Virus record (IMG/VR): IMGVR_UViG_3300033148_003111
From: an uncultured virus (IMG/VR IMGVR_UViG_3300033148_003111)
Lineage: Duplodnaviria; Heunggongvirae; Uroviricota; Caudoviricetes
DNA length: 64,000 bases
Reading direction: 5' to 3' (one strand)
Of this stretch, positions 1 to 8,359 are shown in pieces. The notes under the pieces are model-generated. The model was not told where the DNA came from, ran no database searches, and saw only the letters and a list, made by a program, of their open reading frames with translations. The first letter of the stretch is position 1, and each line of letters begins with the position of its first letter. Position numbers and translations under genes: made by a program.

Positions 1-490
1 CCGCCGCCTCCGCCTCCGCCGCCGCCGCCGCCGCATCCGCCGCCGCCGCCGCCAACCACGCCGCCGCCGCCTCCGCATCCGCCTCCGCATCCGCCGCCGC
101 ATCCGCCGCCGCATCCGCCGCCGACCTCACCAACCTCTCCGACCTCGCTGTGCGATCTTCGCCAGACAACCATTTCCGCGCCCATTTCTCGACCTCGGGC
201 ACTCCGCAATTCAAAGCGTATTTCTTGATAACCCTGTCCGCGCAACGATTCGCAAACTCAACGACGTGCCCCTTGGCTATCATCTCCGGCCGGAACACTA
301 GCCAAAAACGATCTTTGATTGGAACTTTCCGCAAGCGCCCCTCGGCCTTCAGGATCTCAAGAGTCGTGTAGAACTTCTTGCGACCGAAAAGCTGTTTCAG
401 GTAGTCGTGGGTGTATAACCCCTTTTCTGGATCAACAAAACCGCAAGGCTTCCAACTCTCCACCTGCCTCAATGTGCATTTTCCGATCAT
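1..490 (-). CDS. Ala-rich low-complexity phage protein (3' truncated by window edge)
   Basis: Not in ORF track. ATG at 490 reads MIGKCTLRQVESWKPCG...KWLSGEDRTARSERLVRSAADAAADAAADAEADAEAAAAWLAAAAADAA and stays open to position 1. Confidence 0.7.
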   Translation of the reverse strand, partial: MIGKCTLRQVESWKPCGFVDPEKGLYTHDYLKQLFGRKKFYTTLEILKAEGRLRKVPIKDRFWLVFRPEMIAKGHVVEFANRCADRVIKKYALNCGVPEVEKWARKWLSGEDRTARSERLVRSAADAAADAAADAEADAEAAAAWLAAAAADAAAAAAEAEAA

Positions 491-649
491 GAGGCATCCT
501 CTTCCTGTTTATTCGTAAAAATATGCAACCACACCATCTTGTCCGGTTGGAAACCGGCACGGGGATAGATGCCCTTCCAGACTCGCCCGAATTCCCGCAA
601 CGGAAGGTTCATCTAGTTTTTTTTAGTTCCTTGTCCGAGATAATATCGC

Positions 650-874
650 TCATGCCGCACCCGATAGGAATTGATAATAGCTCTGTCCAGAGATTACGTT
701 CTCGAACAGAAGAAGGTTTATCATGCCGTTCACGGGAATCCCTCTCTCCCTTGCCATCTCCCGCAGCCGTTCCTCGATCCAGAACGGAAAGTGTAATCTC
801 CTGCTGATCGTTACGAGATGATCCGCCGCATCGGAGAAAATTAGAGGTTTATGATATGCCCGTTTGTGTTTCAT
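650..874 (-). CDS. small DNA-binding protein, ribbon-helix-helix-like
   Basis: RRLHFPFWIEERLREMARERGIPVNGMINLLL fits the beta-helix-helix RHH pattern. Confidence 0.5.
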   Translation of the reverse strand: MKHKRAYHKPLIFSDAADHLVTISRRLHFPFWIEERLREMARERGIPVNGMINLLLFENVISGQSYYQFLSGAA

Positions 875-879
875 AATAA

Positions 880-1020
880 ATGCGGGCCTCTCACCCGCTC
901 GGGATTCGCTCTCAATCCTAAGTCACGCACACTGGTTTTGGCACTGTTCCTTGCCCCCGGAGATTGCCTAAGATCTCCGACCGGCTCATGCTGGACGGTG
1001 TACGTTTCGCCCGCTGGCCG
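880..1020 (-). ncRNA. candidate multi-hairpin structured RNA
   Basis: Five consecutive stems in an intergenic gap; a G-U pair favours the minus strand. Confidence 0.35.
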
Positions 1021-1022
1021 TG

Positions 1023-1077
1023 AAAAAAAAAAGGGGGCGCAGGGCGAGTTGTGTGGTATCATAGGATTACGCTCCCC
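1023..1077 (-). terminator. rho-independent terminator-like element
   Basis: GGGGAGCGTA...TGCGCCCCC stem followed by 10 T, directly after the 1077 stop. Confidence 0.55.
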
Positions 1078-1400
1078 TATTTGATGATTTCAACCAACCT
1101 TCTGCCTACCACTTTTTCTTCATCCCTGTCTTCCACGATTTTTACGCCAGGAACAAACGTCACCGCCTCGGCTACTGAATAGCTCGCATCTGGATTTTCC
1201 TGTTGGGTCGTGACCTGAACGACACAACCGACACCCTCGATTTCAAGTGCCTTGGTCGATTTCATCCAACCCTCTCCTGCCGAGCTTGCTTTGCAAAGCA
1301 GCCTGAACATATCCCCATCACCGAAAATCTCGATGTCTTTTACATTCTTCTTCGCACCAGAGACATCTGAATTATGTAGTGTTTTCTTTCCTATCGGCAT
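1077..1400 (-). CDS. conserved phage protein, possibly Acb4-like cyclic-nucleotide sponge
   Basis: KASS-x2-EGWMKSTKA and VQVTTQQ-x-NPD-x-SYSVAEAVTFVPG motifs. Family assignment is recalled, not searched. Confidence 0.5.
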   Translation of the reverse strand: MPIGKKTLHNSDVSGAKKNVKDIEIFGDGDMFRLLCKASSAGEGWMKSTKALEIEGVGCVVQVTTQQENPDASYSVAEAVTFVPGVKIVEDRDEEKVVGRRLVEIIK

Positions 1401-1421
1401 GATCGATTCCTTTCAAAAAAC

Positions 1422-1534
1422 GGGGAGGGATGGCGCGTCACGAAATAGTCTGGAACCACCATTAGCCCAGACCAACGATGGATAGGGTGTGTGCCTATCA
1501 TAACTTCTTGATACATCAAAAGCCATCCCTCCCC
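1422..1534 (-). ncRNA. candidate four-way-junction RNA or attenuator
   Basis: 13-bp perfect closing stem GGGGAGGGATGGC/GCCATCCCTCCCC enclosing three small hairpins, followed by T6. Confidence 0.4.
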
Positions 1535-1539
1535 CAAAC

Positions 1540-1791
1540 CTAGTCGTCCTCGTCGTCTGGCGGATCTGGCGGGAGATTAATTCCGGTCAGGTATTCCCTG
1601 GCCCGATCAATCCCCATGCCTTTCAATGCACCCACAAAAGCCTCGCGTAGTTCTCCATCGAAAATCGAGAGAGACACGTTCCGCCTTGTGACCACTGATC
1701 GATCATAATCGGTGATCCTGCCATGCTCGTCCAGCCAGATATGCTCTAGCGTGATCTGGATGACCGGCGTTTTATTTCCTTCGTTAAGCAT
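1540..1791 (-). CDS. hypothetical protein
   Basis: 83-aa ORF in the co-oriented minus-strand operon. Confidence 0.55.
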   Translation of the reverse strand: MLNEGNKTPVIQITLEHIWLDEHGRITDYDRSVVTRRNVSLSIFDGELREAFVGALKGMGIDRAREYLTGINLPPDPPDDEDD

Positions 1792-1812
1792 CTTCGCCCC
1801 CGCGTGGCGAAC

Positions 1813-2049
1813 TTATCGGATCACCTTGACATCAAACCGCTCTTTCAGACCTTCGATCTGATGCATCTTACCCACGTAGTATTGGATCTCGCCGGTCCTG
1901 CGCTTCGATACCTTGGCGAGATGATGTTCCAGGCCATCCTTCTTCCTGGCCGAAAGAGCTTTCCTCGCCGCGTTGTAGGATTTCTTCCCGTTGCCGAACC
2001 ACGACCGCAATCGGCCACCCGCGCTTTTCTTTTTACGCCTCTTCTTCAT
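1813..2049 (-). CDS. basic hypothetical protein
   Basis: Lys/Arg-rich 78 aa; overlaps the end of the upstream gene. Confidence 0.55.
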   Translation of the reverse strand: MKKRRKKKSAGGRLRSWFGNGKKSYNAARKALSARKKDGLEHHLAKVSKRRTGEIQYYVGKMHQIEGLKERFDVKVIR

Positions 2050-2476
2050 CTTGCTCTCCTTCCTTTCTCTCCGCTGGCGTGAAGAATACCGAAAATGCTG
2101 AATCGCTTATCATTGATGCATCTACGCTGTCACAAGCAACGACAATGAGGTTTTCTCGCTTCACTTCCTCAAGGTCAATGCTGTACTCTTCCATCCTGGT
2201 TGAAATCTTATAGTAGAGATCATCCCGCATGTTCTCCAGGCTCTTTTTTGTTTGCAGTCTCAGGTAGACCTTGGAGACACCGAACTTCTTTTTATCGGAT
2301 GCTCTCCAGTGCAGGAAGTAGTGGAACTTCTCTGCGCCGAAGGTTCCATGGAAATCGTGATAGGTAAGATTGATCTTGTGGTAGTCCCTAAAGAAATCTC
2401 TAGCTGGTAATGTGAACACACTGAACCGCTTTAGATCCGGCCCGAAGCTCCTGGTTGTCATGGTTCCCTCCGTCAT
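2033..2476 (-). CDS. hypothetical protein
   Basis: 147-aa ORF just downstream of a sigma70 promoter. Confidence 0.65.
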   Translation of the reverse strand: MTEGTMTTRSFGPDLKRFSVFTLPARDFFRDYHKINLTYHDFHGTFGAEKFHYFLHWRASDKKKFGVSKVYLRLQTKKSLENMRDDLYYKISTRMEEYSIDLEEVKRENLIVVACDSVDASMISDSAFSVFFTPAERKEGEQDEEEA

Positions 2477-2487
2477 GGTTGTATTTG

Positions 2488-2516
2488 AGTGTAATTCAAC
2501 TATTTACCAATGTCAA
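2488..2516 (-). promoter_or_regulatory. sigma70-type promoter
   Basis: TTGACA-N17-TACACT on the minus strand. Confidence 0.65.
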
Positions 2517-2557
2517 GTAAAAAAAGCCTTGGTTTCCAGTGTTTTAGAAATACTGTA

Positions 2558-2878
2558 CTACCCCTGGTCTTCCTCTTTTTCGTCGGATGGTTGATTCGGT
2601 TTCAATAGGTTGCTCCACTCCCGATACCATTGATTTATATCGCTTATCAGGTGAGCCACGTCTTCTTTGATGAGATCTATTGAGTAAAAGTTATCTAACA
2701 TCTTGAATACATCTGTGGCAATTCTATTGAGGTTGTTTCTTACCTTAATTCCGGCTTTTTCCATCTTGGCGCAAATAGCAATCGTCAAACCCAATATCTC
2801 ACAGATAAGTAGAATTAAAAGTAAGTTGGTCATCGTGGTTGAATCCATGTCAATCCTCCCAAACAATGAACAGGTCAA
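2558..2878 (-). CDS. hypothetical membrane protein
   Basis: N-terminal hydrophobic helix LLLILLICEILGLTIAI; true start probably MDSTT. Confidence 0.55.
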   Translation of the reverse strand: MTCSLFGRIDMDSTTMTNLLLILLICEILGLTIAICAKMEKAGIKVRNNLNRIATDVFKMLDNFYSIDLIKEDVAHLISDINQWYREWSNLLKPNQPSDEKEEDQG

Positions 2879-3062
2879 TCGTCAAATAGTCCCGGATGGC
2901 CTTTTGCTTTTTATCCTTGTAGTAATAATACATATTATTCTCTCCACTGAAAGGCGCGGGCTTCATGTCCACATCTTCGATTGTTTCCTTCTTGCCATTT
3001 TTGTAAACGACTTCGATCTTGTACCGATGATTTTTCGTTCCGCGAAGGTCAAGGGTTGCCAT
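2850..3062 (-). CDS. hypothetical protein
   Basis: 70-aa ORF in the operon. Confidence 0.55.
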   Translation of the reverse strand: MATLDLRGTKNHRYKIEVVYKNGKKETIEDVDMKPAPFSGENNMYYYYKDKKQKAIRDYLTIDLFIVWED

Positions 3063-3065
3063 CAG

Positions 3066-3356
3066 TCATCCCCTCATTATTGTCAACATTATTACATCCG
3101 GTCCCGGTTTGAAACCAGCAAACCTTCCATCTTCAACTAGTATTTCGTCTAAATCGCCAATGCTATCATAATAAAACAATCTTCTCCCAGGAGGAAGAAA
3201 TCCTCCATACACAAGACGCTGCACAACATTTTCAGCGTCGTTGGTAACAGACCTATGTTCATCCCAAGGCCCTATGTCACGAATCACAAGAGGTTTTCCC
3301 TTTATATCTTCTACAATTTCGTATCTTGATTTCATGCTAGTCTTCCTCATCCTCAT
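3066..3356 (-). CDS. conserved phage hypothetical protein
   Basis: IRDIG...SVTNDAENVV...YYDSIG motif; true start likely MKSRYE. Confidence 0.6.
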   Translation of the reverse strand: MRMRKTSMKSRYEIVEDIKGKPLVIRDIGPWDEHRSVTNDAENVVQRLVYGGFLPPGRRLFYYDSIGDLDEILVEDGRFAGFKPGPDVIMLTIMRG

Positions 3357-3726
3357 CTAGCTCTTTCCATTTTTCCTCGATCACCTCGCATACAAACTCT
3401 CGGGCGCGAGGCGTAAGTTGGATCAGGCACGAACTTGAAATCTGCCCATCCATGTAGCCGACGTGTTCTACTAGTCCGCCGATTACTTCCTGGTGCATGA
3501 ATCCAGCACAGAAGAACACCGTCCGAATACTAAGACAATCAGAGCACGTTTTGAAATTCATCAATTTCTTATCCCACTTCCCAACAACGTACTCGTATGT
3601 CTCATTCGGCATAATCTCACGCTCGCATTCTGAACATTGATGTATCTTACGGGCTTTCCTTATTGTAGAATTGTAGAAATCAGCCGAATCGTAATCGTCA
3701 ACCACTATACAGCTACAGGCTTCCAT
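3337..3726 (-). CDS. phage zinc-binding protein
   Basis: RKARKIHQCSEC...KTCSDC Cys pairs. Confidence 0.65.
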   Translation of the reverse strand: MEACSCIVVDDYDSADFYNSTIRKARKIHQCSECEREIMPNETYEYVVGKWDKKLMNFKTCSDCLSIRTVFFCAGFMHQEVIGGLVEHVGYMDGQISSSCLIQLTPRAREFVCEVIEEKWKELDEDEED

Positions 3727-3735
3727 CTTTTTCTC

Positions 3736-4278
3736 CTAGTCTTCCTCATCCCGGCTTGCCGGAATCTCAGCCGAAGGCGCAACGTACTGGCCGGTGGTAT
3801 TGAACACTTCCTCGACCTGGGCCTTTATTTCAATAATGTGGTGCATGATCCTTTCCTGTTGCCGGATCATCTTCTCCAGAAATCCGCTAGAACTGATCTC
3901 CAAGAAGGCTTCCCCCCAAGTGACGTATCTATTGTTCTCCCTGGACATGGTACGGGCCATCATCCGGGGAATTGCCAGCATCGGTGGCTGCATGAAGATG
4001 ATTGCCTCGGTCGGCTCGGATGGTGTCGGCTGGCCCGCCTTGACCTGTTCATAAAACCGTTCGGCCTGAAACATTAGTTGCTTGAATTCCTCATCGTCGC
4101 ACTCGCGGAACTTCTGCAAGGCTTGTGGGATGAATTCCTCGTAGTCCTTTAGGAGATCAATCAAGTCCTGCCGGTTCTGGATTCTCATGATCCGCAGCAT
4201 GTACTCTTTATCGATGGTATCGTTGTCCTTCTTGATATCAACGATCTTCTTCTTGCTGAATATCTCTATGACGCTCAT
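3736..4278 (-). CDS. hypothetical protein
   Basis: 180-aa ORF with ATGA overlap to the upstream gene. Confidence 0.65.
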   Translation of the reverse strand: MSVIEIFSKKKIVDIKKDNDTIDKEYMLRIMRIQNRQDLIDLLKDYEEFIPQALQKFRECDDEEFKQLMFQAERFYEQVKAGQPTPSEPTEAIIFMQPPMLAIPRMMARTMSRENNRYVTWGEAFLEISSSGFLEKMIRQQERIMHHIIEIKAQVEEVFNTTGQYVAPSAEIPASRDEED

Positions 4279-4565
4279 TTCTTTTCCTTCACCCCAACGA
4301 CATCGGCCTTCTTGATCATCCTGCTCTCACCATCCCGCGTGGGCACGTTGTACAGGACTTTGTAATCCTCCATGAAGATATACGCACCGGCCTCAAGGGG
4401 ATCTTCCACCATCACCTTGCGCTTCACTAATTCATCGTAGAGGTATACATCTTCCTTGGGCGGGAAGAAGTTAATGATGCCTGTGGTGCTCTTGCTCCGA
4501 AGCTCTTGGCACTTATCGATGACCCATTTTAAATCGGCCTCGAACTGCTTGTTCTCATTAGTCAT
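4275..4565 (-). CDS. hypothetical protein
   Basis: Start refined to MTNENK (ATG 4565, GAGG upstream). Confidence 0.55.
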   Translation of the reverse strand: MTNENKQFEADLKWVIDKCQELRSKSTTGIINFFPPKEDVYLYDELVKRKVMVEDPLEAGAYIFMEDYKVLYNVPTRDGESRMIKKADVVGVKEKK

Positions 4566-4815
4566 ATTCCTCTCCTTCCTCGTCTTCATATTCTTCGCCG
4601 TCATCAATGTCGTCATCTTCTTCGGGTCTGTCAATAGGCTTCCCGAACGCCTTAGCTGCCATGTTCCGTAGCGTACTCTCCAGCATTCCCTTCAAAGAGG
4701 AAAGATTCAATCCAGTCACCTTCCGAACCGCTCTCAGGAGATCCTCTATCGTCAGGATCGCGGCGAACTCTGGCCTTTGCTTTTCGTCCAGTAAAACTCG
4801 TATTTTCAATCCCAT
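4558..4815 (-). CDS. hypothetical protein with acidic tail
   Basis: Start refined to MGLKIRV; D/E-rich C-terminus. Confidence 0.5.
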   Translation of the reverse strand: MGLKIRVLLDEKQRPEFAAILTIEDLLRAVRKVTGLNLSSLKGMLESTLRNMAAKAFGKPIDRPEEDDDIDDGEEYEDEEGEEYD

Positions 4816-5158
4816 CACTCTTCTCCCTTTTCCTTTTATTTTTGATGTATCTCTTGAATCGTTCCTTGAATCTTCTCTCCATCGCGGCCTTGGCTTCGTC
4901 CGGTGGAATCGAAAAGAACTCGGTCCAGACTTCATCGAAGCTGAATGGATAGTCAACCTTGTACTTCCCGTGACCAAATATCCATTTCTTCGCTTCCTCA
5001 TGCTCGATAAGAAAATGAGACTTGAACTTCCCCAGGCCACACAGATAATACTCCACCTCTGTTGTCAGAAGTTCAAGCATCATCATCTGTTCCGATGTCT
5101 TCGGCTTCTCAATTAAATCGAGAGCCACTTCATCGATCTCTCTTGGTTTTTCTAGCAT
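4652..5158 (-). CDS. hypothetical protein
   Basis: 168-aa ORF; its 3' part overlaps the next gene. Confidence 0.55.
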   Translation of the reverse strand: MLEKPREIDEVALDLIEKPKTSEQMMMLELLTTEVEYYLCGLGKFKSHFLIEHEEAKKWIFGHGKYKVDYPFSFDEVWTEFFSIPPDEAKAAMERRFKERFKRYIKNKRKREKSDGIENTSFTGRKAKARVRRDPDDRGSPESGSEGDWIESFLFEGNAGEYATEHGS

Positions 5159-6041
5159 TTTTCTTGGCCTTCTTCTTTTTACTTTTCTTGATTGGTTTCA
5201 CTTTCAAGATACTCGAACGCTGGAAGCTGTGCTTGCTCCTATCGTACATGCTTGTGGTTTCAATTGATGCGTGTCCAAGATCCGCCTGAACGGATGTAAG
5301 CGAAGCCCCAGATTCGAGGGCGCGGGACGTGAACTTGGCCCGGAACCCATGTGGATGAATCCCTTTCAGTCCCGCTTTTAGGGAATACTTCTTAACAATG
5401 TTGTAGACATCGTTTTCTTTCATCGGCCTTCCGGTCCTGGTCACGAAGATGGGTTCTCCCATCGGTGACTTGGCCCGACCGATTGATTTCAGGTACTTCT
5501 CGATGGCCTTGAGGCATTCAGGATGAATCGGCCTGGTCCTGGGTTTGTTCCCCTTACCAAGAACCTCAATGACGATTCCATCCTGGGTCTTGAAAACATC
5601 CTTGATCTGGAGCTTGCAAATCTCGCCCCGGCGAAGCCCGTTGTACAGCATCAGGTAGACAACCGCCCGATCCCGAAGCCCCATCCATGAATTACCTATC
5701 TTGGATAAAAACTTGATTAATTCATTGTCGGTAATTTCATCTTTCATGCGCCGATGAACCTTCGGCAGCTTGATGGTTTCAACCGGGTTCTTCGGCATCT
5801 CATCGATGGATACAAGGAATGACATGTAATTCCGTAAAGTGCTGAAAATCCTTGAGATGCTTACCGTGGACATCTGCTTTTCTTTTAACAAGTTCAAATA
5901 TGCGATGAAATCAAGTTTACTTACTTCCTTCGGTTCTTTCTTCCGAAAGGCAAAAAATTGGTCAATGTCTCTCTTGTACGCTCTTCGGGTTTCCTTGGAG
6001 TCGTACTGCGAGATGAATTCATTAATACCGGGTAAATCCAA
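5130..6041 (-). CDS. tyrosine recombinase/integrase, XerC/D-like
   Basis: N-terminal core-binding domain; catalytic GLRRGE, GKGNK, HPHGFR, LGHASIETTSMY. Confidence 0.93.
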   Translation of the reverse strand: MDLPGINEFISQYDSKETRRAYKRDIDQFFAFRKKEPKEVSKLDFIAYLNLLKEKQMSTVSISRIFSTLRNYMSFLVSIDEMPKNPVETIKLPKVHRRMKDEITDNELIKFLSKIGNSWMGLRDRAVVYLMLYNGLRRGEICKLQIKDVFKTQDGIVIEVLGKGNKPRTRPIHPECLKAIEKYLKSIGRAKSPMGEPIFVTRTGRPMKENDVYNIVKKYSLKAGLKGIHPHGFRAKFTSRALESGASLTSVQADLGHASIETTSMYDRSKHSFQRSSILKVKPIKKSKKKKAKKNARKTKRDR

Positions 6042-6357
6042 TTCTTCCGTCCATAAAAATAGTAGCGTTCTTGATTATTATTCCCTTCTCTCTGGCGAAC
6101 TTGATCTCCCTAATCATTCCGCTAGTGACCTCATTTCCAAAGATCCACATCTCATCGCAGACGGCCAGGAACTTGAGGCCAATGGAAATCCCCAGGTCAC
6201 GGTCAGAGGGGCTGTTGTCATCGAGAAATTGCGGACACAAGAGGTGGGGGGCGTAACAAGCATTTCCGCCCTTCGCTACGGCAAGGCAATAGCTTTTAGC
6301 CATCTCCAGGTTACGCTCACTTCCCCCGAAGGGGCTACACACAAATACTCGTTTCAC
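6022..6357 (-). CDS. nucleoside 2-deoxyribosyltransferase-like (DUF4406-type) protein
   Basis: VFVCSPFGG...APHL...CDEMWIFG...TSGMIREIKFA. Confidence 0.75.
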   Translation of the reverse strand: MKRVFVCSPFGGSERNLEMAKSYCLAVAKGGNACYAPHLLCPQFLDDNSPSDRDLGISIGLKFLAVCDEMWIFGNEVTSGMIREIKFAREKGIIIKNATIFMDGRIGFTRY

Positions 6358-6767
6358 TTAATTACTCCCTGATCAACCAACCCGTATGTGATGATAGCAC
6401 TTGTACCAGCCGCCACCACGCACCAGATGATTGTTTTCCCGTACCTATTCCACCACCCCTTAAGGACCATGATCTCGATGTCTTTTGCCTTGACTTTATC
6501 CTTCCAGCCATCCTCAACGGTCTTCCAATGCACATCCAACCGGCTTGAGCGTTCCCTTTCGGTATCTAGCTCGATACGCAATCTCTTAATTACGCTGTCC
6601 TTGCCCACAAGTTTTTTCGCTATGGCCTTGTCGTGCGGGTCAGGGATGAAAGTGCCTTTCCCTATCTCGATTTCTTTCTTGTCGATTGTTTTTACCTTAC
6701 CGCTCTCTACCTCAATAGATGGGCCTTGAGCCAGGATCATCACCAGGGCCAGGATTATTGTTTTCAT
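6354..6767 (-). CDS. exported coiled-coil protein with C-terminal TM (spanin-like?)
   Basis: N-terminal hydrophobic signal, coiled coil, then WW followed by a TM helix. Confidence 0.5.
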   Translation of the reverse strand: MKTIILALVMILAQGPSIEVESGKVKTIDKKEIEIGKGTFIPDPHDKAIAKKLVGKDSVIKRLRIELDTERERSSRLDVHWKTVEDGWKDKVKAKDIEIMVLKGWWNRYGKTIIWCVVAAGTSAIITYGLVDQGVIK

Positions 6768-7192
6768 TCCTTCACCACCTCTCCGTCTGGGTAAACGATG
6801 TAAATCGGCATTCCTTTATTTCTCGCATACCCCACCGTCGCCCACGTTCCACCTTTTGAACGTCCAGACGGCTCGTAGAATTGTCTCGGGGCTGCTATCA
6901 GGACATCACTGTCTCGAACGATGTCCTTGTTCCTTAGTAAATACTCCCTCGGCTTCCTCACATCGATCACCGTCCCGGCGCAATAGGCTCTTTTCAACCG
7001 CTTCTTTGGGGGATGTAGTACGACCGCGATGTCCATACTGGTAGAGATGCCGTTGAACTCTTCGTCCGCCCCAATGCAATCGCCGTGATGGACTTCGACC
7101 GGCCCCAGTTCCCGCATCAGATCCATAATCGATCCTTTTTGCTGGCTGGTCATTCCCTTCTGTGTTCCAGTGAATCCGACTATCGCGCTCAT
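6764..7192 (-). CDS. SLOG superfamily protein (DprA/YspA-like)
   Basis: VGFTGT, HHGDCIGAD, RNKDIV, GGTWATVGYA. Confidence 0.8.
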   Translation of the reverse strand: MSAIVGFTGTQKGMTSQQKGSIMDLMRELGPVEVHHGDCIGADEEFNGISTSMDIAVVLHPPKKRLKRAYCAGTVIDVRKPREYLLRNKDIVRDSDVLIAAPRQFYEPSGRSKGGTWATVGYARNKGMPIYIVYPDGEVVKE

Positions 7193-7488
7193 GCTGTGTT
7201 CTCCCTCTCTTTAAAACACCCATCACAGATGAAAGTCTCATTGTGCTCATCCCAAGGATCTTTTCTCGGCCTTCCTTCCTTTCCGCAGAACTCACATTTC
7301 CCTTCCATCACCCTCAAAACCTTACGAGCTTCAAGCATATAGCGACACAAGATACTCATTGTGCATTTCTGGTAATTGAACGTAGGACTATCGATGTTAA
7401 TGAATCTCGCCAGGTCGGAAAACGGTTTCAGCGCACGTTTCGCCTTTTGTAGATTTTCTTCCAGCTTACGAATTCTATTCATGCTCAT
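7189..7488 (-). CDS. hypothetical protein with C-terminal zinc ribbon
   Basis: CEFC...CDGC. Confidence 0.6.
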   Translation of the reverse strand: MSMNRIRKLEENLQKAKRALKPFSDLARFINIDSPTFNYQKCTMSILCRYMLEARKVLRVMEGKCEFCGKEGRPRKDPWDEHNETFICDGCFKERENTA

Positions 7489-7711
7489 GAGGCATCTCCT
7501 GTAAGCACTCCGGGCAAAGTTTTCCCTTTGCCAACATCATATCCCTCTCTTCCGCTTCTCTTAGAGATATGTACATACGAAAGTAAAATGCTGCTTTTTC
7601 GAGCGGGGTTCCATCTGGGTTCCCGCCAGTTTCCCTAATGGTTGTAATTAGGTGGATAATGTTCGACCAACTGATTGCGTACCTGTGAAGAATTTTCAGA
7701 TGTCTATTCAT
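7475..7711 (-). CDS. hypothetical protein
   Basis: Start refined to MNRHLK, overlapping the previous gene end; CPEC motif. Confidence 0.5.
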   Translation of the reverse strand: MNRHLKILHRYAISWSNIIHLITTIRETGGNPDGTPLEKAAFYFRMYISLREAEERDMMLAKGKLCPECLQEMPHEHE

Positions 7712-7994
7712 CGCTGCCCAACTCCCTATTGAAAATATCCGCAGCACTCGGCTCCCCCTGGTCGATCCGCTTCCACATTTCATCTCGTTCCTTGATGACC
7801 ATCTCCAGAACTTTTTTCTCATCCCCCTCCATGCGCTCCAGGTCTTCCCGAAGTCCGCGCTCTAAATCGGTGAAGTTGGGACCGGCGGGATCTCTGAATA
7901 ATATGTAGAGCCATCGGATACCCCAAGCCACCGCAGGAATGACAAGCAAGACACAGAGGATTATTTTCCAGTATTTTTTGAACCAGGCTATCAT
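7704..7994 (-). CDS. N-terminally anchored coiled-coil membrane protein
   Basis: TM IILCVLLVIPAVAWGI followed by a charged helix. Confidence 0.6.
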   Translation of the reverse strand: MIAWFKKYWKIILCVLLVIPAVAWGIRWLYILFRDPAGPNFTDLERGLREDLERMEGDEKKVLEMVIKERDEMWKRIDQGEPSAADIFNRELGSDE

Positions 7995-8338
7995 TTAACT
8001 TCTCCAAAAACTTTCATGCAGTTTTTACATATACGGGCTTTAGTTCTGTCGGAGATTAAGTATCTGCGATCTCGCTTTCTCACAACAATGATTCCGCACA
8101 TAGTCAGTAATCCATCTGTTGTCAAATGACACTTAGACCAATTCTTGTTCTTCTTGTACGGACTTCGCATCCAAGCTATTTTGTAAACCACGATCTCTCC
8201 AATTAAAGCTATGTCCAGAAATCCTCCACGTCTTTTTTGGTTATCGTTCTCTTTTTCTTCCTTTTTAATTTCATCGCACACTTCATTTCTTTGATGTGCG
8301 TGAGATAAACCTTCTCCACAGTAAACACCTTCAAACAT
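7991..8338 (-). CDS. hypothetical Cys/His protein
   Basis: H...C...CKNC motif. Confidence 0.5.
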   Translation of the reverse strand: MFEGVYCGEGLSHAHQRNEVCDEIKKEEKENDNQKRRGGFLDIALIGEIVVYKIAWMRSPYKKNKNWSKCHLTTDGLLTMCGIIVVRKRDRRYLISDRTKARICKNCMKVFGEVK

Positions 8339-8359
8339 CTCTTACAACGAAAAACCTTC

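Noticed and set aside
1..125. CCG microsatellite, telomere or assembly artefact
   Set aside because: It is in frame with the minus-strand ORF starting at 490 and encodes an Ala-rich repeat.
1..490. Diversity-generating retroelement
   Set aside because: No reverse transcriptase or TR/VR pair in the window; only the codon pattern is reported.
487..653. Programmed frameshift at the A8 run (617-624)
   Set aside because: Alternative frames give only short peptides with no recognisable product; cannot be supported.
1422..1534. tRNA gene
   Set aside because: Outer stem too long, no canonical T-loop, D-loop or CCA.
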